Shown here: positions 24,360 through 37,961 of the stretch, piece by piece | Layout: each line of letters starts with the position of its first letter | Numbering within the stretch: the stretch's first letter is position 1 | Assembly: GCA_026770705.1 (NCBI GenBank) | Contig: JANJGN010000039.1 | Span: forward strand, 3,534,001-3,598,000 | DNA length: 64,000 nucleotides | From: Isurus oxyrinchus | Taxonomy: Eukaryota | Direction of reading: 5' to 3' | Notes under the pieces: generated by a model | Told to the model about the DNA's origin: nothing | Seen by the model: only the letters and a program-made list of their open reading frames with translations | Databases searched by the model: none | Made by a program: the position numbers and the translations under genes

Positions 24360-25305
24360 AGTAAGTCTCTGTCATGGCTTCAGCTCTATTTGTCATATAC
24401 TTGCCGGCCATTATCCAGTTTACACTCAAAGATTTTGGCACAGGCTTACATAACCATTTCAGGACAAACAGCAACGTTGGCAAACGGCCAAGAGTAAAAC
24501 CTTGCACATAGGTCACTGAACAGCGACTGAGTGAAGGCTTATTCGCAGACAACTGCGCTCACATTGGGCAGAATCCTGACATATCCAGCTGCATGCTGAG
24601 CGCTTTGCTGTGGACTCAGAACACTTTCGATTAATAATATATCCACAGATAGAGAAGCTGTATCAAATCGCTGATGGTCACCTGATCCAAGATGCCACAG
24701 CCACTCTGAACGAAAAACCCAACTGTTCAGTGCAGACGTTTGCTAATTTGGCAGCATGTTCTCCAAGAGAACTAACTGAATGAACAAATTAAACATCGCC
24801 TGACAAAAGCAAGTTCGGCATTTAGCAGGCTGCACTCACTGTCTTCTGAAAGAAAAACATGGAGCTCCTCTCAGATGGAAGATCAAAGCCTGTCAGGCCG
24901 TGTTTTTTTTATCTCAATTCTTGTCAGTGCGAGATTTGCAACATTGATCAGCCTCATTGAAACATTATGAAAACATTCCAATTTCACTGTCTGTAATCCA
25001 TTTCCAACGGTAAGTGGCAGGACTGATTCCCACACACAAATATTCTTGCAAAGTGCAGCGTACTGAGCATCGATAACATGGTCATTAGAGCCCCGCTTCC
25101 CTAGGTCAGTCATGTGGTTCATATGGAGAATGCCGACATACCAAAGGCCGCATTAGGTGAACACAGGAAGCTGCATGACAGGATGTTTCAAATCTCAAAG
25201 CGAAACACAGAGATCGGAAGCTGGGTCCCAATGTATGGGCTCCTGATTCCCCCTTGCCAACACCCCTGTAGCGTACCAGAACCATATGAGGCCAACGCCA
25301 GGCGC
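24360..25305 (+). mobile_element. RTE-clade LINE fragment
   Basis: EGLFADNCA-like RT motif (ttattcgcagacaactgcgc) and KASSAFSRL. The longer paralog ends in an RTE-type C-terminus. Confidence 0.7.
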
Positions 25306-25359
25306 AGATAAAGCTGCACAGGCTAATGGAAAAAATATAAATATCAATCCAGAGCAGAA

Positions 25360-25960
25360 TTAGAGAATCCGGCTCCTCCAGCCAGCCCCACCATTCAATA
25401 ACATTATGGCCAATTTGATTGTGGACGCAATTCAGCATTCCGCCCAACTCCAATAACATTTGACACCCTTGGTACCCAAGGATATATCTGTCTCTGCCTG
25501 AAAAATATCCAGTCAGCTTCCCTACGCAGCACTTGTGGGAAGAGAGTTCCAAAGCCCTTCAACCCTGTGACTGAAATAAATCGCTTCCACCTCCCCTTCA
25601 AACGGGAGATCCACAACTTGAAAACTTTTCTCCCTTTGCCCCAAACTCTACGACAAGGGAAACATTCTCATTGCAAATAATATGGTGAATCCCTCAGGAT
25701 CCAACCTATTTCAATCAAAGCACCCCTCTTTTTCCAGGCTCCAATGGAAAAAGGTTATCCAATCTTTCCGAATTTGATAAAACCCAGACAACCACCACCC
25801 TCCACCTACTCAGCCTCCCAGGTATCTGCCGAATGAAAGCTATCTCAACTGATTCTAAATAATTGATATCCTTTCTTAAATTTGGAGGCCAAATCTGTGC
25901 ACCGTTCTTTATATGTGATATCGGCAACGTTCTGCTCAACTTTAATAAAACATCACTACT
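25360..25960 (-). mobile_element. CR1 LINE 3' fragment; paralog ~56800-57392
   Basis: QIWPPNLRKDINYLESVEIAFIRQIPG, followed by a CR1-type 3' UTR. Confidence 0.8.
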
Positions 25961-26379
25961 TGCATAACTTTAGACATCCTGCTAAATTAGGGTAATAGCA
26001 AATAAACACGAAGAGCTGTAAAGATTGGCATGCAACTTTGTCAGATTTACTGCTAGTAGTTGAACTGTAACTTAAAGCTTAATTGTAACTCCTTCTTTGT
26101 TGGTTTTGATCGTCATGTGCAATTTGACAATTAAGCATAACCATAATTAACTTTTTAAGAATACAAGTGAATCTCCTAACCCCTTTGCCTTACTTTCTTA
26201 CAACTTCACATTAACAATGCCCTCCATCTGGTTCTGTAGCATTGCCATGAGCTTATTGACAGAGATGCTGAACAGACCTTGTAATTAAATCAGGAAATCT
26301 GGGAGAAGCTGCAGATCTCAGGTTGCAGCAGAATTATATTCAATTGCAATCCTTAAACTCATGCCGCGGCATATTCCTC

Positions 26380-27560
26380 ATTCCACTGAAATGTCCGCCG
26401 CGCGATTAACACAGATAAAATGACGAGTGCAGGTAGCAGCAAAAGAGCAGCACCAAATATACCACACAGCGGAAGGTGGTGCATCTTCAACACACCATTA
26501 CCTGCATTTTAGACAACGGAAGAAAACTGCAACAATGCTAACACGTCCCACAAACAGTGCACCGAATCAAACCTTGAGTTCCCGTCGAATCCAGCGGCTT
26601 TTGATAGTGCCAGAAAGACATCTTTCAGGAGGAGGAGGCTTCTAAAGTATTCCCACTGGCTATGTTGGGAGTCAAATGACCTCAGTACAATCGACAAGGC
26701 TGAAACATTTGCAGCTCGTGTGTGTCAGGATTGTTAATGCTTCATCCTCCTAATGTCCCTGACATCACAGACGTCAGACTGAATATAAAAAACAAAATAT
26801 TGTTCATAATGGAAATTTGAAATAAACACAAGTTAGGCTGGAAAACCTCAAACGTTTTGGCAGATTCTGCGGAGAGAGTCCGCACTCAAAATGTTAATTC
26901 TGTTTCCATCAGGTTGTAGAATATTTGATTTACTTGATATGATGGCAGGAAATGGCTGAAAGGTCTGGAAACAGCATAAGCTGTAGGGGTGACACAATCC
27001 CGGCAATTTTATTGAACATTCGTGCTCTATAGCCAGACGAAACCGGAGGCCAAAAACTTCAGCGCAGTCATACCAAAAGCACATGCTACCGAACATGTGG
27101 AAACAGTGCCCCAGTGTGTGCCCTACGCAAGTAGCATGAGAAACATAACCCTGGCAAATACCCGTCCATCAATCTGGCCTCGGACATAAGCAATAAAATG
27201 GAACTTGTCATTTTGGTATTAAGCGGCAGTTACATAACACCACCAGTTCATTGATACACGGATGGAGGTCTGCCAGGGCCATTCGGCTAATGGCTTCATT
27301 ACAGCTTTGTGTGTATCACATACAAAATGGCTGAACTCAGGAGGTGCGATGATAATGACGTGTCTTGATATCAAGGCAGCATTTGTCCATGAGCGACATG
27401 AAGGGAGCTCCGGTGTTACGATCACCGTACAGAATATTTGGATATTCATGATAGCAAATGAATAATCCGAACGTCTTTAACAAATAGTTGTATTGCTGCG
27501 ATCGACCCAAACTCAACATAATTCAAAAATTAATAGTTCAATGATACTTCAGGTGAGATG
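26380..27560 (+). mobile_element. CR1/L2(Zenon)-like LINE ORF2 fragments
   Basis: DKAETFAA motif (~26693) and QGHSANGFITAL...LDIKAAFV (ORF 27262-27465). Confidence 0.75.
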
Positions 27561-28389
27561 TAAATTTCAATGTTGGATAGTCACAAGAACACAAGAAATT
27601 GGAGAATGTGGTGGATCAAATGCCCCTTCGAGCCTGCGCCGCCGTTGCTTACTAGTGTGGCATATCATGGGGTTGAATTCCATTCCCTGTAATTTCCAGG
27701 CACCCGTTTTGTGAACCTTCTCTCTACCACCTCCGAAGATTGCGTTTCTTCTCTTCAATGTCAAGACAAAAACTGCGCACAAAAGTCGAGGTGTTGCTTC
27801 AACAAAACACTGTGCAGACATTTCAAGGTTTCTTCATCCCTCTACTCCAATCCCGATGCAACAAATACACTCTCTGCTCTCAGTGTGTAAGATAAAGTGT
27901 TTCACGTCAACCATCCGATTTCCAGCAGCAATCCAAATGCGCAATCCTCTTCTCAATTGTCACTGTCCTACGCAGAATCCACGTAGCTTGTTCTCCCTAT
28001 CTGGTTCTGTTATGAATTCTCACCTTGAATTATTTTAATCCACCGATTCAAAGTCCCTGTAGTGTTGTCACATAATTATACCCACGGTTTCATGCTGAGA
28101 TACCTGTTTGCGTTCTGGGACTGTATCCTTCTTCCAGCAGCAGCACACGAGATGCAATTAAAATAATAATTCGTTTAATTTGCTGTTTTATCTTCCACCA
28201 CATTGCAACTTGAACTTGAGCTTCACATCTCAGAGCTCTAATAACATCATAATGTTGACTTCAATTGTTCTTCCTTCCAAAATTCTTTCTTACTTTCACT
28301 TAGGAGTTAAAGTATTCTTTACAAACATAAAATGCAGGTTTTGCAACAAAGCACCAAATTTTATTTCCAAGTAGAGGCTTAGCCTGTGG

Positions 28390-29086
28390 GTGAGCCATTC
28401 TGTTGTTCAGTTGGATTAAGACCATGAACTCTCGGTTCTTTGGTGTATACTATTGTTGAGAAGTAAACAGAGGTAAAGTTGCATTTGCATGTTCTTGAAT
28501 GGAGCATTCAAGAGGGGAGTGAAATCTTTCACCTTGCCAGGAGACACCAGACAATATTTATATTACTGAAAGAGTTGGTGCAATGATATGGGTTTTATTG
28601 TTGGAAGAGGTCATGCCCAAAGGGCGTGGTAATTCACTGAGAATTTACATTCAAAGAAAGCTTAGAAGGGAGCTTGGGTGTGAAAGGCTGAAGCATCTAA
28701 CATCAAACAGCTGTAAGCCTCAACAGTGTGCAAAGCAAAGAGATTGAAAGGAACCTTGTTTTGAATTTGTAAGGGGTAAATGCTTTGCCTGGTATCTGGC
28801 TAAGTCTATTAAATATTGTTGCCTTGGTGGAGAATTACTTGGCATTTTTTTCAAAAATGTTACGATGATAGTAAATTCTAGCCACGTGTACATGCTTAAT
28901 TTATTGCAAACTAATAAATGTCTCATTTAGTCTGTTAGAGGACCTGTCGAGAACCAATAGTTTTACCCCTGAATTTAGAGCAAGAACTCAAAACATACGA
29001 TTTGAAAAGACAGGTTATGACATTTGTTTAAATTTGCCCTCTGTGTCTTTAACTAGCTCAGCCTTTAATAATGTTATGTCATAACA
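28390..29086 (+). mobile_element. Possible solo LTR remnant (5' boundary uncertain)
   Basis: AATAAA at ~28913 and a terminal ...gtcataaca. I could not confirm a TSD or 5' TG end. Confidence 0.3.
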
Positions 29087-29212
29087 CATGTTAAGTTTCC
29101 AAGCCTGATGTTCTTATTCCGCTAATCTAAACTAAAAGGTTTGGTAGAATTGGGCAATGTGCTTGCTGTTGAAACTCTTTTAAAATTTGTTGCAGCTCGG
29201 GGAACAGGGAGA

Positions 29213-30620
29213 CCATAAGACCATAAGACAAGGGAGCATACATTAGGCCATTCGGCCCATCGAGTCTTGTCCGCCATTCAGTCATGGTTGATTGGTTTCT
29301 CAACCCCATTCTCCCGCCTTCTCCCGGTAACCTTTGATCCCCTGAACAATCAAGAACTTATCTACTTCGATCTGAAATACTCCCAATGAGCTAGCCTCCA
29401 CACCCTTCTGTGACAACGAATTCTTGGTTTGATATTACTGCAGACTATCCCCAGTATTTCGAGAAATTATTTAAGGACCTAAGTCTACTGTTGTTTGTTC
29501 TTTGTAACACTGAATTCCAAATAGCGCTGGCCCCCTGACAAATGAAGTTCCCCATATTCTCTGGTTTGGAAGGGAGCCTTTTTAACATGAAACATTTCCC
29601 CTAGTTATAGACTCCCCCACTAGATAAGCATCCTCTCAACATCTAAACTGATAAAGTCACCCCAGAACCATATAGGTTTCAAGAATATCTCTTCCCACCT
29701 TTCCAAATTCTCATGAGCAGTGGCCCAATGAACAGACCTTTCCTCATAAGACAAGCTTTTCATACCAGGAAGCAGTCGTGTGATCCATCTATGAAGTGTG
29801 CCTAACGCATTTGCAATGCCACTTAAATAAGGAGAGCTTAACCGCACAAGGCACCACCAACGTTTTGCAGCAGCAAGGAATCCCTACTTGTATACATCAC
29901 CCACCATCCAGTGAAGGCTAATATTTTATATGCCTTACTTTTCGCTTCCTGTACTGGTATGCTAACTCTTCATGATTCATGTTCGAGAAAATCTGGAGAA
30001 CTTCTGCTGCAAAAGACAGAATTCTATCTCTACCTTCAAATCTTCAGCCTCTATTATACCTACCAAAATGACGATCAGACAATTTCCTATAGGTTCCTGC
30101 AACGTGTTTTTATTATTTTTGAACAAACACTTAACATTTATCTTTGCAGAGTCTTTGCAACGGTATCACAATTATTTTTCAATGCACATTAATATCGCCA
30201 GTAAAGTAGACCGCAGTGCACTCCATTTATTTTTCCAAGTCAACATTATAAAACGGTTTGGGTAAAGTTGAGGCCACAGTACTGAACCCTATGGTACCCT
30301 CACCCGTCTAGATATAGTTCGTCAACTTAAAAACGAGCCAGTTATATCGACTCTGTTTCCTGTTAAGCCGCCCGATAGTCATGATGTTAAGTTACCCTAA
30401 ACCCATGACGAAGTAACATGTGTATTCATTTTTTTAAGTGAAACGTATCTGATATATTTAGGTAATTTAAAATAACACTGCATTTTATCGTCCTTATTTC
30501 CTCATCGTCCTTGTTACATCCTCAAATAACTAATAACTTGATACACGATTGTTATTTCAGAAAATCATGTGCACTGCCTGATTGGAACATGAATTCCTAC
30601 ATTTTCTGCTTTCAGTTCAT
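29213..30620 (-). mobile_element. CR1 LINE fragments with (tcttatgg)n 3' tail
   Basis: ccataagaccataaga tail; LHRWITRLLPGMKSLSYEER (ORF 29620-29847); older RT pieces follow. Confidence 0.8.
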
Positions 30621-33600
30621 TAAAAAATGCCTTCCTGCTGGAGTTTAGAGAAAGAGAATGAACAGAAAAAGAACTCATCAACCTTGGAAACCTGCTCCAT
30701 CTGGTCGCACAAGGATTTCTGTTGGTAGAATGAGAAGGCACCTTGCACTGAGGGGAAGGAGTCAAGCGAAAAAAGTCAAGATTAATAATAAATTAATTGT
30801 AAATATAACAAATAACATTTTATTTTAAAAGCACATGAACCCTTAAGACATTTAGAATTTCGTCGCTCTCAAAAGTCAAGAGTTCAGCAATTCTTTCGAA
30901 TATGTGTTTTCGGCCGAGCAGACATCGGGGCCACTTTACCAGCGGACAGTGAAATGTTAATGGAATTGTTGTCGTCCCTGTGTTACATACCAGCTAGGCC
31001 TGTTAAATTCTTCCTTAATAATCGTCAGAGAACTAGATGCATTTATATAATTCATGATTATTTAAAAGTAAGTAAACAACTTTCCACTTATTCCAGATAT
31101 GTAACCTGAAAGGTAAAGGCAGTTTGACTTTTTGTATTCGTTTCCTCTGTATTTCAACGTTGGACCATCCAGGCCTGTGAAGGACAGAACTCCTTAACGT
31201 TCTTTGCATTGTTTATTGTCAGTGTTACAATTTAGGCAGATTGAATGTTTCGTTCTACCACGTTGGTAATTATTTATTAAGACTGTGAGTTTCCGCAAGC
31301 TGGAGTAAAACAACGGTCAGCCCTTTTGTTTTCGTGTTGGACCCCAGATGTGACTGAGGCTCGACTGCAGGGTTGGTTTAACTGCACTTTTCCCTCATCG
31401 TTCATCGGCGGTGACCATCACAGCAAAGACCTGCTTTTGCTGCTGATCTATGGTTGCACTAGAGAAGCTGGTGCCGAGCAGTCCCTCGGTTCAAGCTGGA
31501 TAGGCAGTACGATTTCATCCTTATTCTTCTTTTCTGCAGCGTCTTTATAAAACTGATTATTTTCTCGCCCATTTCTAAGGGCAGTTAAGAGTCAAGGATG
31601 TTACCGTGGGACTGGAATAACTTGTAGGTCGGGCAGTGTGAGGCCGAAATATGTCCTCCACCATATGGCATTACAAATCCAGATTTTTAGAGAGAATCCA
31701 ATTGTTCCATTAACACAATTAGTGGGAATATTATGCTAGGATTTCCGTTCCGGATTTCGTTTAATTGGAAGTTTGCTGGACTTATATAAACGTTAATGTT
31801 TCTGAGAGTGTCCAAATGTGCGAGTTCTCTCCGAATCAACTCCACCGCTTTATTTATGAATAGTTACGTGCATTTCACTGCTTGGAGAACGGTAAGGCCA
31901 CACACCATGCATCAGATCCCTGTGTCTGCATACCTTTCTGTGTTGCACACTCTAATCAGAGCCATAAATCCACGCATGGTATATCCCTTCAGTGTATTTA
32001 TAAACAGTCCAGTTCCCTGGATTACAGTTTGTTTTATCCTGTATTTTTGAACTGACTACCTGGTCCAGGCCACTTTCCCTTTATGAAAGCTCCAGTCCCG
32101 AGAATACTGCGCAGGAAAGGTCGATGAGTTGGATTCGGGAACATGGAAAATCGTGAAGGCGATGTTATCACAGTGTAAACAAACGAGATAAGACGATGGA
32201 GAGAATTGAGAGAAAGAGAGAGAAATGAGAGATGTGCGTGTGTGAGAGCGAGAGAAAGAAAGGGAGGCCGAGTGAGACAGAAGCTGCTCATTTTTTTTAC
32301 CAGAATGCAATTAACCTGATTACGTCTCTGCTAGGCAAACATCTGAAGAGTTATTGCGCCGCATTGTAACCAGAAGTTCAAATCCCTCTCCTGCCCTTTC
32401 CATTTCACCCTGCTTCAATGAAGATATGTGTTGGTGAGAGCAAAAATAATGATGGGATCAATGGTATCTGCCTAGATCAGTCCCTTCCTCGGGTTCTGAC
32501 GCAGATTAATGTCCCCATGTGTGCTCCTTGGGAAAGCTTTTTATTCTACGTGTTTAGTGATCCCTCCCATCTCTTTCTTTCTCTGAAAGGCGAGCATTCT
32601 TTTTAGAAAAAAAAACATGGTGTTCTTATTCGGACTTTCTGTACTTTGCGCACTCACCTCGATCTGATAACCTGTGACACCCCCAATTCTTTTTGCATTA
32701 AAAGTGAATATTTGAGCTTAAAAACAGGAGGCGAGGGAAAGCAACTCATCTGTGGTTGGTTGGTCATTTGCGAATAAATGTCACTATGACGTCTGTGATA
32801 TGTCTCTCCATTTTCCCTTCCTTATCTCTGAAATTTCCTCCTCCCCCCCTAAGACACCATGATAACTGTAGTAGTCTATTTCTGGCTGCATTATCCTCTG
32901 TGAATGTGATGTTTCCAACATTACTGAACTTGCCTTCAGTTGCCTAGAGTTCATGCTCTGGAATCCCCGCCACCCCCAGCACCACCACCTCCCCCCCCCC
33001 TTACCCCCCACCCCCAGCGCGGCTCCAAATCTCTGCCTCCCTTTTCTGCTTCAAGATAATTCTTAAGACCGACCCGTTTGTCTACCCCTTTGATCAGTTG
33101 TCATGTTCTGTTATGTGGAGCTGATCTGAAGCAACTTGAGCCACGTGATTGTGTTAAATATGTCATATCAATATGATTTGTTGTTGTCACTTTGCCATAT
33201 AATGCTCGGTGCAGCATCATTGGTTGTTTTACTATGTTTATATTCAATACTAATATGCGAGGGCTTCCATTGCTGCATTTCGGACTCTGTCTCATGTTAC
33301 ATGTGTAGTTGTCAGGATCACTGCATGAATCCCGTAATCCCCTGCTCCATCCGACAATGTGACAGGAGGTCCTATGGCGATCTTGACAGAGGTAAAACCA
33401 TGATGGGTCCTGAAATCTGACTGCTCCATGTATGGTGCTCAGTGAGATGTTTTTTGTCCGAGTTCCATGAACAATGAAACAGATGTTGCAGAGTCCTTAC
33501 CACTTAGAGATTACTTAATCATCAAGGAGGCTTATAAATAGTTTGTAAGTTGAGTTAGCCAAATGCTGAAATGCAGAAACAATAACCATTATTATAGGCA

Positions 33601-35364
33601 TTAGACTTACTATTTAGGAGGTTGAACGTATATTTAAGAGAGAGAGAGAGAATGAGAGAGGGAGAGAGAGAGAGAATTTACTATGCCCATCACCCGCTAT
33701 GGTCTTGCCCTCCCCCTTTCAACCGCTCCCTCCAGTGAGAAAAAATTTAATTCCCGATCATCCGGCGAAAATGTCATACTCCCCCACTGTGGCCGCGATA
33801 TATTCCCCCCGTCGCTGCTTTCATTGGATACCACTTTAAGTTCATCTCATGCATCTTCTGCAGCTGCCCCTCCCCCGGTGTTCATGGTGTATATCTTCTC
33901 CTCCCCGCTTTTACTGTAATATATCCCCTAGGGCCCCAATTGTATCTGATATGCATCCTCTTCGCGGATTTGCTTGGTATATTTCACCTATTTCAGTGTC
34001 AAGCTGAACAAATCACTCCCCGTCTATTGGTCCTGGCATATCCCCACACTCCCCTGCCCCCAGCCCCCGCAGCGTAACTGGTATACACTCCTTCTGCCCT
34101 GGAAAATCCTGTTTCTCATTGCCTGCCCTGCAGCATGTAATATATATTTACCCCTCTGCCAGTTAACTTTTTATATCAACCATCTCTTCCATTGCATTAC
34201 GTATTGCTTATTCACCCACTTTGTGCACGAATAAACACTATGCCCCATGCCTAGTTTATCTCTGGATCTGTTCTGCAACCAGACTTATCCCAATGTATAG
34301 GAATATATCCACATCCCATTGTGCCCATTATATGACTCCCGGTGTTCTTTTTTCTCCTCCCTAGCCATACCTCCAATAGTATCCTGGCAAACCATCCCCC
34401 TCTCCTGGTGCTGCTGATATATATCACGATCCAATGATTGTGCTTCATAACCTCCTTCATCTACGTCCATCTACCTGATATATCGCCCTATCTCACTAGT
34501 TTACGTGGCATATCAGTCCCTCCATCTGGAGTACCTCCTGATTTTGAGCATTCAACGCAGCATAACTTGTATCTCATTCACCCCTACATGCCTCGATATG
34601 TGCATCACCACAATTACACCAACGTTATTCTCTCCATCCTTTGCCCCTGGTAAATCATTCCCTAGTGAAACTGGTCTGTCTCCCATGAACAAGCTTTGCG
34701 TCTGTTGTATCAACACTATTCCACTCTACAATAGAAATCAAAAGCTTCATCTGGTCTATCAAGTTCATCAGCCATCAGCCAGGAAATCATGCTTTATCGC
34801 CCCAAGTTTGGTTGTCAGCCTTATGTATAACATCTGCCCCATTATATCATTAGCACATCGATGATCATCTCTTGTACCTGGTATATCAAAACCACCCCTG
34901 CCATCAATGTAAGTTTTTTACTTCCTGCAGTGTATTGGCGCAATACTCAAACACAACCATCCCACTGCACCCGTTAGTCATGGAGGCAGCTTGTGGGTAG
35001 ACATCTGTTGTTGCAATGGATCAGCACGTTTGTGCCGGCCAGTGATATTCACAAATCAGTCAGGATCCGCCACTGCTGTCGAAGCAAGAGGACAAGCTAA
35101 AGTTTGGTCACTGTAGTGGCCGCTTGCCCCACCTGAACTGTCATTATAGTTCCTAGCCCAGATCCTCATCTGATCTCCAAAAAGTCAGTCCCGCTCCCCT
35201 GTATCACCATTGCGAGGCAACCAACACCCACTGCATCATTATTGTGACAGGTGCCTCCGAAGAACTTTTCCCAAAGTGCAAGAGCAAATTCCAAGCTAGA
35301 AATGTGGAATAAACTCAGAAAATCCGGGAAACACTCAGGGAGCCTGTTCTGTGCAGTGTTCTAT

Positions 35365-36200
35365 TCTTTTCAATTGTTTAGCAACAGAACAATTAGAGGA
35401 AAGGGATGGTGGAACACATTCGTGAACTGGGCTCTGAACCTAGGCTGGGTGATGGTAGGTGTCTGTGCAGGGAGTAAGATGCTCCAGCATTAAATCCAAT
35501 TCCAGCACAAACACATCTGTCATTAGAGATCGATACCTCAAATATAACATCTGGTTCCTATAGAATAAAGCAATAGCACTGGCCATACAGGATGGAATTC
35601 GTTGAATGTACAATGAACATAATAATGGTTTTCTTTCAACTTTACATTCCTGAGTCTCTGGGTCTCTTCGTACTGTTGTGAGGCCTGAGTCTCTTCCTGG
35701 CTCAGCTGCTCACTAAAATGTGCCTGCCAGTGTAAACAATGAGCACCAGAATCAGGATAAATGGTACTCTACGGGGTTTAGAATTTCAGGTGTGAACTCA
35801 ATTGCTGCCGGAACCGCGACAACCAAACACCCCCGCGTACCTAACAAAACCAGGGGACGTTGCCCAGCACAGTCCTGTTACCATAAAATGCCATAACACG
35901 TTCTTTGTGCAGATCAGCACAGTCACTGTTTCCAGGACGACAGTCGCAGTTTTTCCGGTGCAGCATTTACATTTCAGTTTCGGACACTGGCTGCATAAAT
36001 CAGAACGGTATGGATATTGAACACAGGAATCGACTTCAGGAAAAGAAGCTGCTTCTGGAAAACAATTGGAATGTGTGTTAATATCATGTCGAGGATGATG
36101 ATGAGTCGATTCGCCCCTGTAATGGCCACCAGGTAACGAGTGATACATTTCGAGAGCCCAGACTTACCCTGCGACAGAATTCCCGACGTCACCAAGTTAA
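35365..36200 (-). pseudogene. GPR139-like GPCR 7TM exon, receptor A, unit 2 (deletion and frameshift)
   Basis: Acceptor tgccttgcag| at 36201. Reads NLVTSGILSQGKSGLSKCITRYLVA, then a deletion removes the SVW...(D/N)RF..ICC segment of TM3 and shifts frame (YAASVRN*). Confidence 0.9.
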
Positions 36201-37796
36201 CTGCAAGGCAGAGAAACGGCAGAACAATTATAATCAGCCAGGAGGAAAGTCACCATTTTGCTTGATGACTTCATTATAATTTCCAATTGTGCTTCTGCAT
36301 CCAGTAATACATTTGTAAATAACAAATGGTTGTTCCAGTTCCAACTTTATGTGTCTTAGGCAGCGATAACCTTACTATGAAATCGATTGTCAAATGGTAA
36401 ATAATATTGAGGTGCAATAGAACATGAGGAGTGACAGTTTTTTGGGCGATTTGATAGATGCCAGCATTCTGTTGACAATTCATTTCTTAGCCACCTAGAA
36501 AGAGCAGCCTGGATGTTGGAGTATAGTCATGGCAGAGTGTGCCAAGCCCAGCAGTGAAAGAGCGGTATAATCTCCCCTTGATATCAAGGGCATTTACTCT
36601 TACCGCAGCTCTTGAGTTTACCGGATTTGCACATATGTGGCCCCGGTTTTAAAATTAGGTCAGGAGCTGAGGGATCCTTGCAGATTCCAAAGTGAGCATC
36701 ATCCAACCATTTACTACTGAAGGAATGTCAATTAGCATTGTCAACGCCCCCGACCCCCACACAATTTTATTCTGATGATCGAGAGTACATTAATGGGGTC
36801 GCATTGTATCTACTTGGATTGTTTCCTAAGTTTCTGGACAGAAAAGGCCATTGCACCTATCTACACTTCCAGATAAATTCGCGTGTTTTAGCTGCTGGAA
36901 GCAGCTGGGCCAGCTCAGGAGCACACGAGCTCAATAATACGCCAGCGTTTTTTCAGCGTCCTTACACTTAGCAGTATCCAATGCCTTCAGCATTCTCTTG
37001 ATAGCACATCGAGTGACTTTATTAGGCTAAAGATTGGCATTTGTGATACTGGGGACAAAAGGTATTTCCTATTTGAATCATCGACGCACCACTTATAGTT
37101 GAAATTGTTGCAAATATTTCTGCCTTGTCGTAAGCCCTCGTGTGTTCAGCTCCCCCATCAATGAGGTTGTGGATGTTTGCACAGCCTCCGCCTTCAGTTA
37201 CTTGTGTTTTGTTCACAGTCACTCATGTCTGGATGTGGAAAAACTGAACATTTAACATCTGGTCCGTTTGTGGTGGGATCATTCTGATCTGCATACCGCA
37301 TATTTCTTTGGATGTTTCTAATGGAAGTTTCCATTTGTTGCAGCTTTGCAACATGTATATGAAAGTATTTCATCTCACTTTTAGTAATGACTGGCAGTGT
37401 TCCCTCATGCCAGCATCCCACATCACACCCTCATCCCCCACCGCCAATGCTCTTCTGACAACCAAAGTTTAGCTACAATTTGATATTAATTGCCACGTGA
37501 GGTGTGTGCAGGCCCAAGGGGTTACAGATTGTGGTTATATACAATGCTGCTGCCGTTGTTCTCCCACGGCTCCTCATGGATGCCTATGTTCCAGTTGGTA
37601 GCATAGTACAAGTCTATTCCATTTAACACGCTCATAGAGCCACATTATATGATGGAGGATATCTTAATGTAAACACGAGAGTTAACCCATAATGCAGTTG
37701 TGAGTTGCTCACTCTTACTCATGCTTTCATGGTTACATGCACCTAAAACAGATAGAATGGTGAGGAGGAGGTAACGTAGAATTGTCGTCCTCCTGT

Positions 37797-37961
37797 ATCC
37801 TGGAAATCCATCCCTATGAGCACTGTGGGTGTACAAGTACACGAGGGACTACTGCTGTACAAGGAGGCAACTCTCCACCATCTTCACAAGGGTAAGTACT
37901 GATTTCCAAGAAATGCTGTGCCAGCGATTAAAGCCAAAATCCCGCAATTGAATAAGAAAAT
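37797..37961 (-). repeat. Local inverted duplication of 39340-39505
   Basis: Reverse complement of 39340-39505. Unit 1 has unrelated LINE sequence at the equivalent position (~5190-5375). Confidence 0.9.

Larger units (their letters stand above)
1..25960 (+). repeat. Segmental duplication unit 1 (probably begins before the window)
   Basis: Colinear similarity to 32572-57392. Anchors: ctgaaaggcgagcattctttttagaaaa at ~11 and ~32583; GPCR stops at 11990 and 41940; splice donors at 22208 and 51781; similarity ends at acatcactact (~25960 and ~57392). Confidence 0.95.
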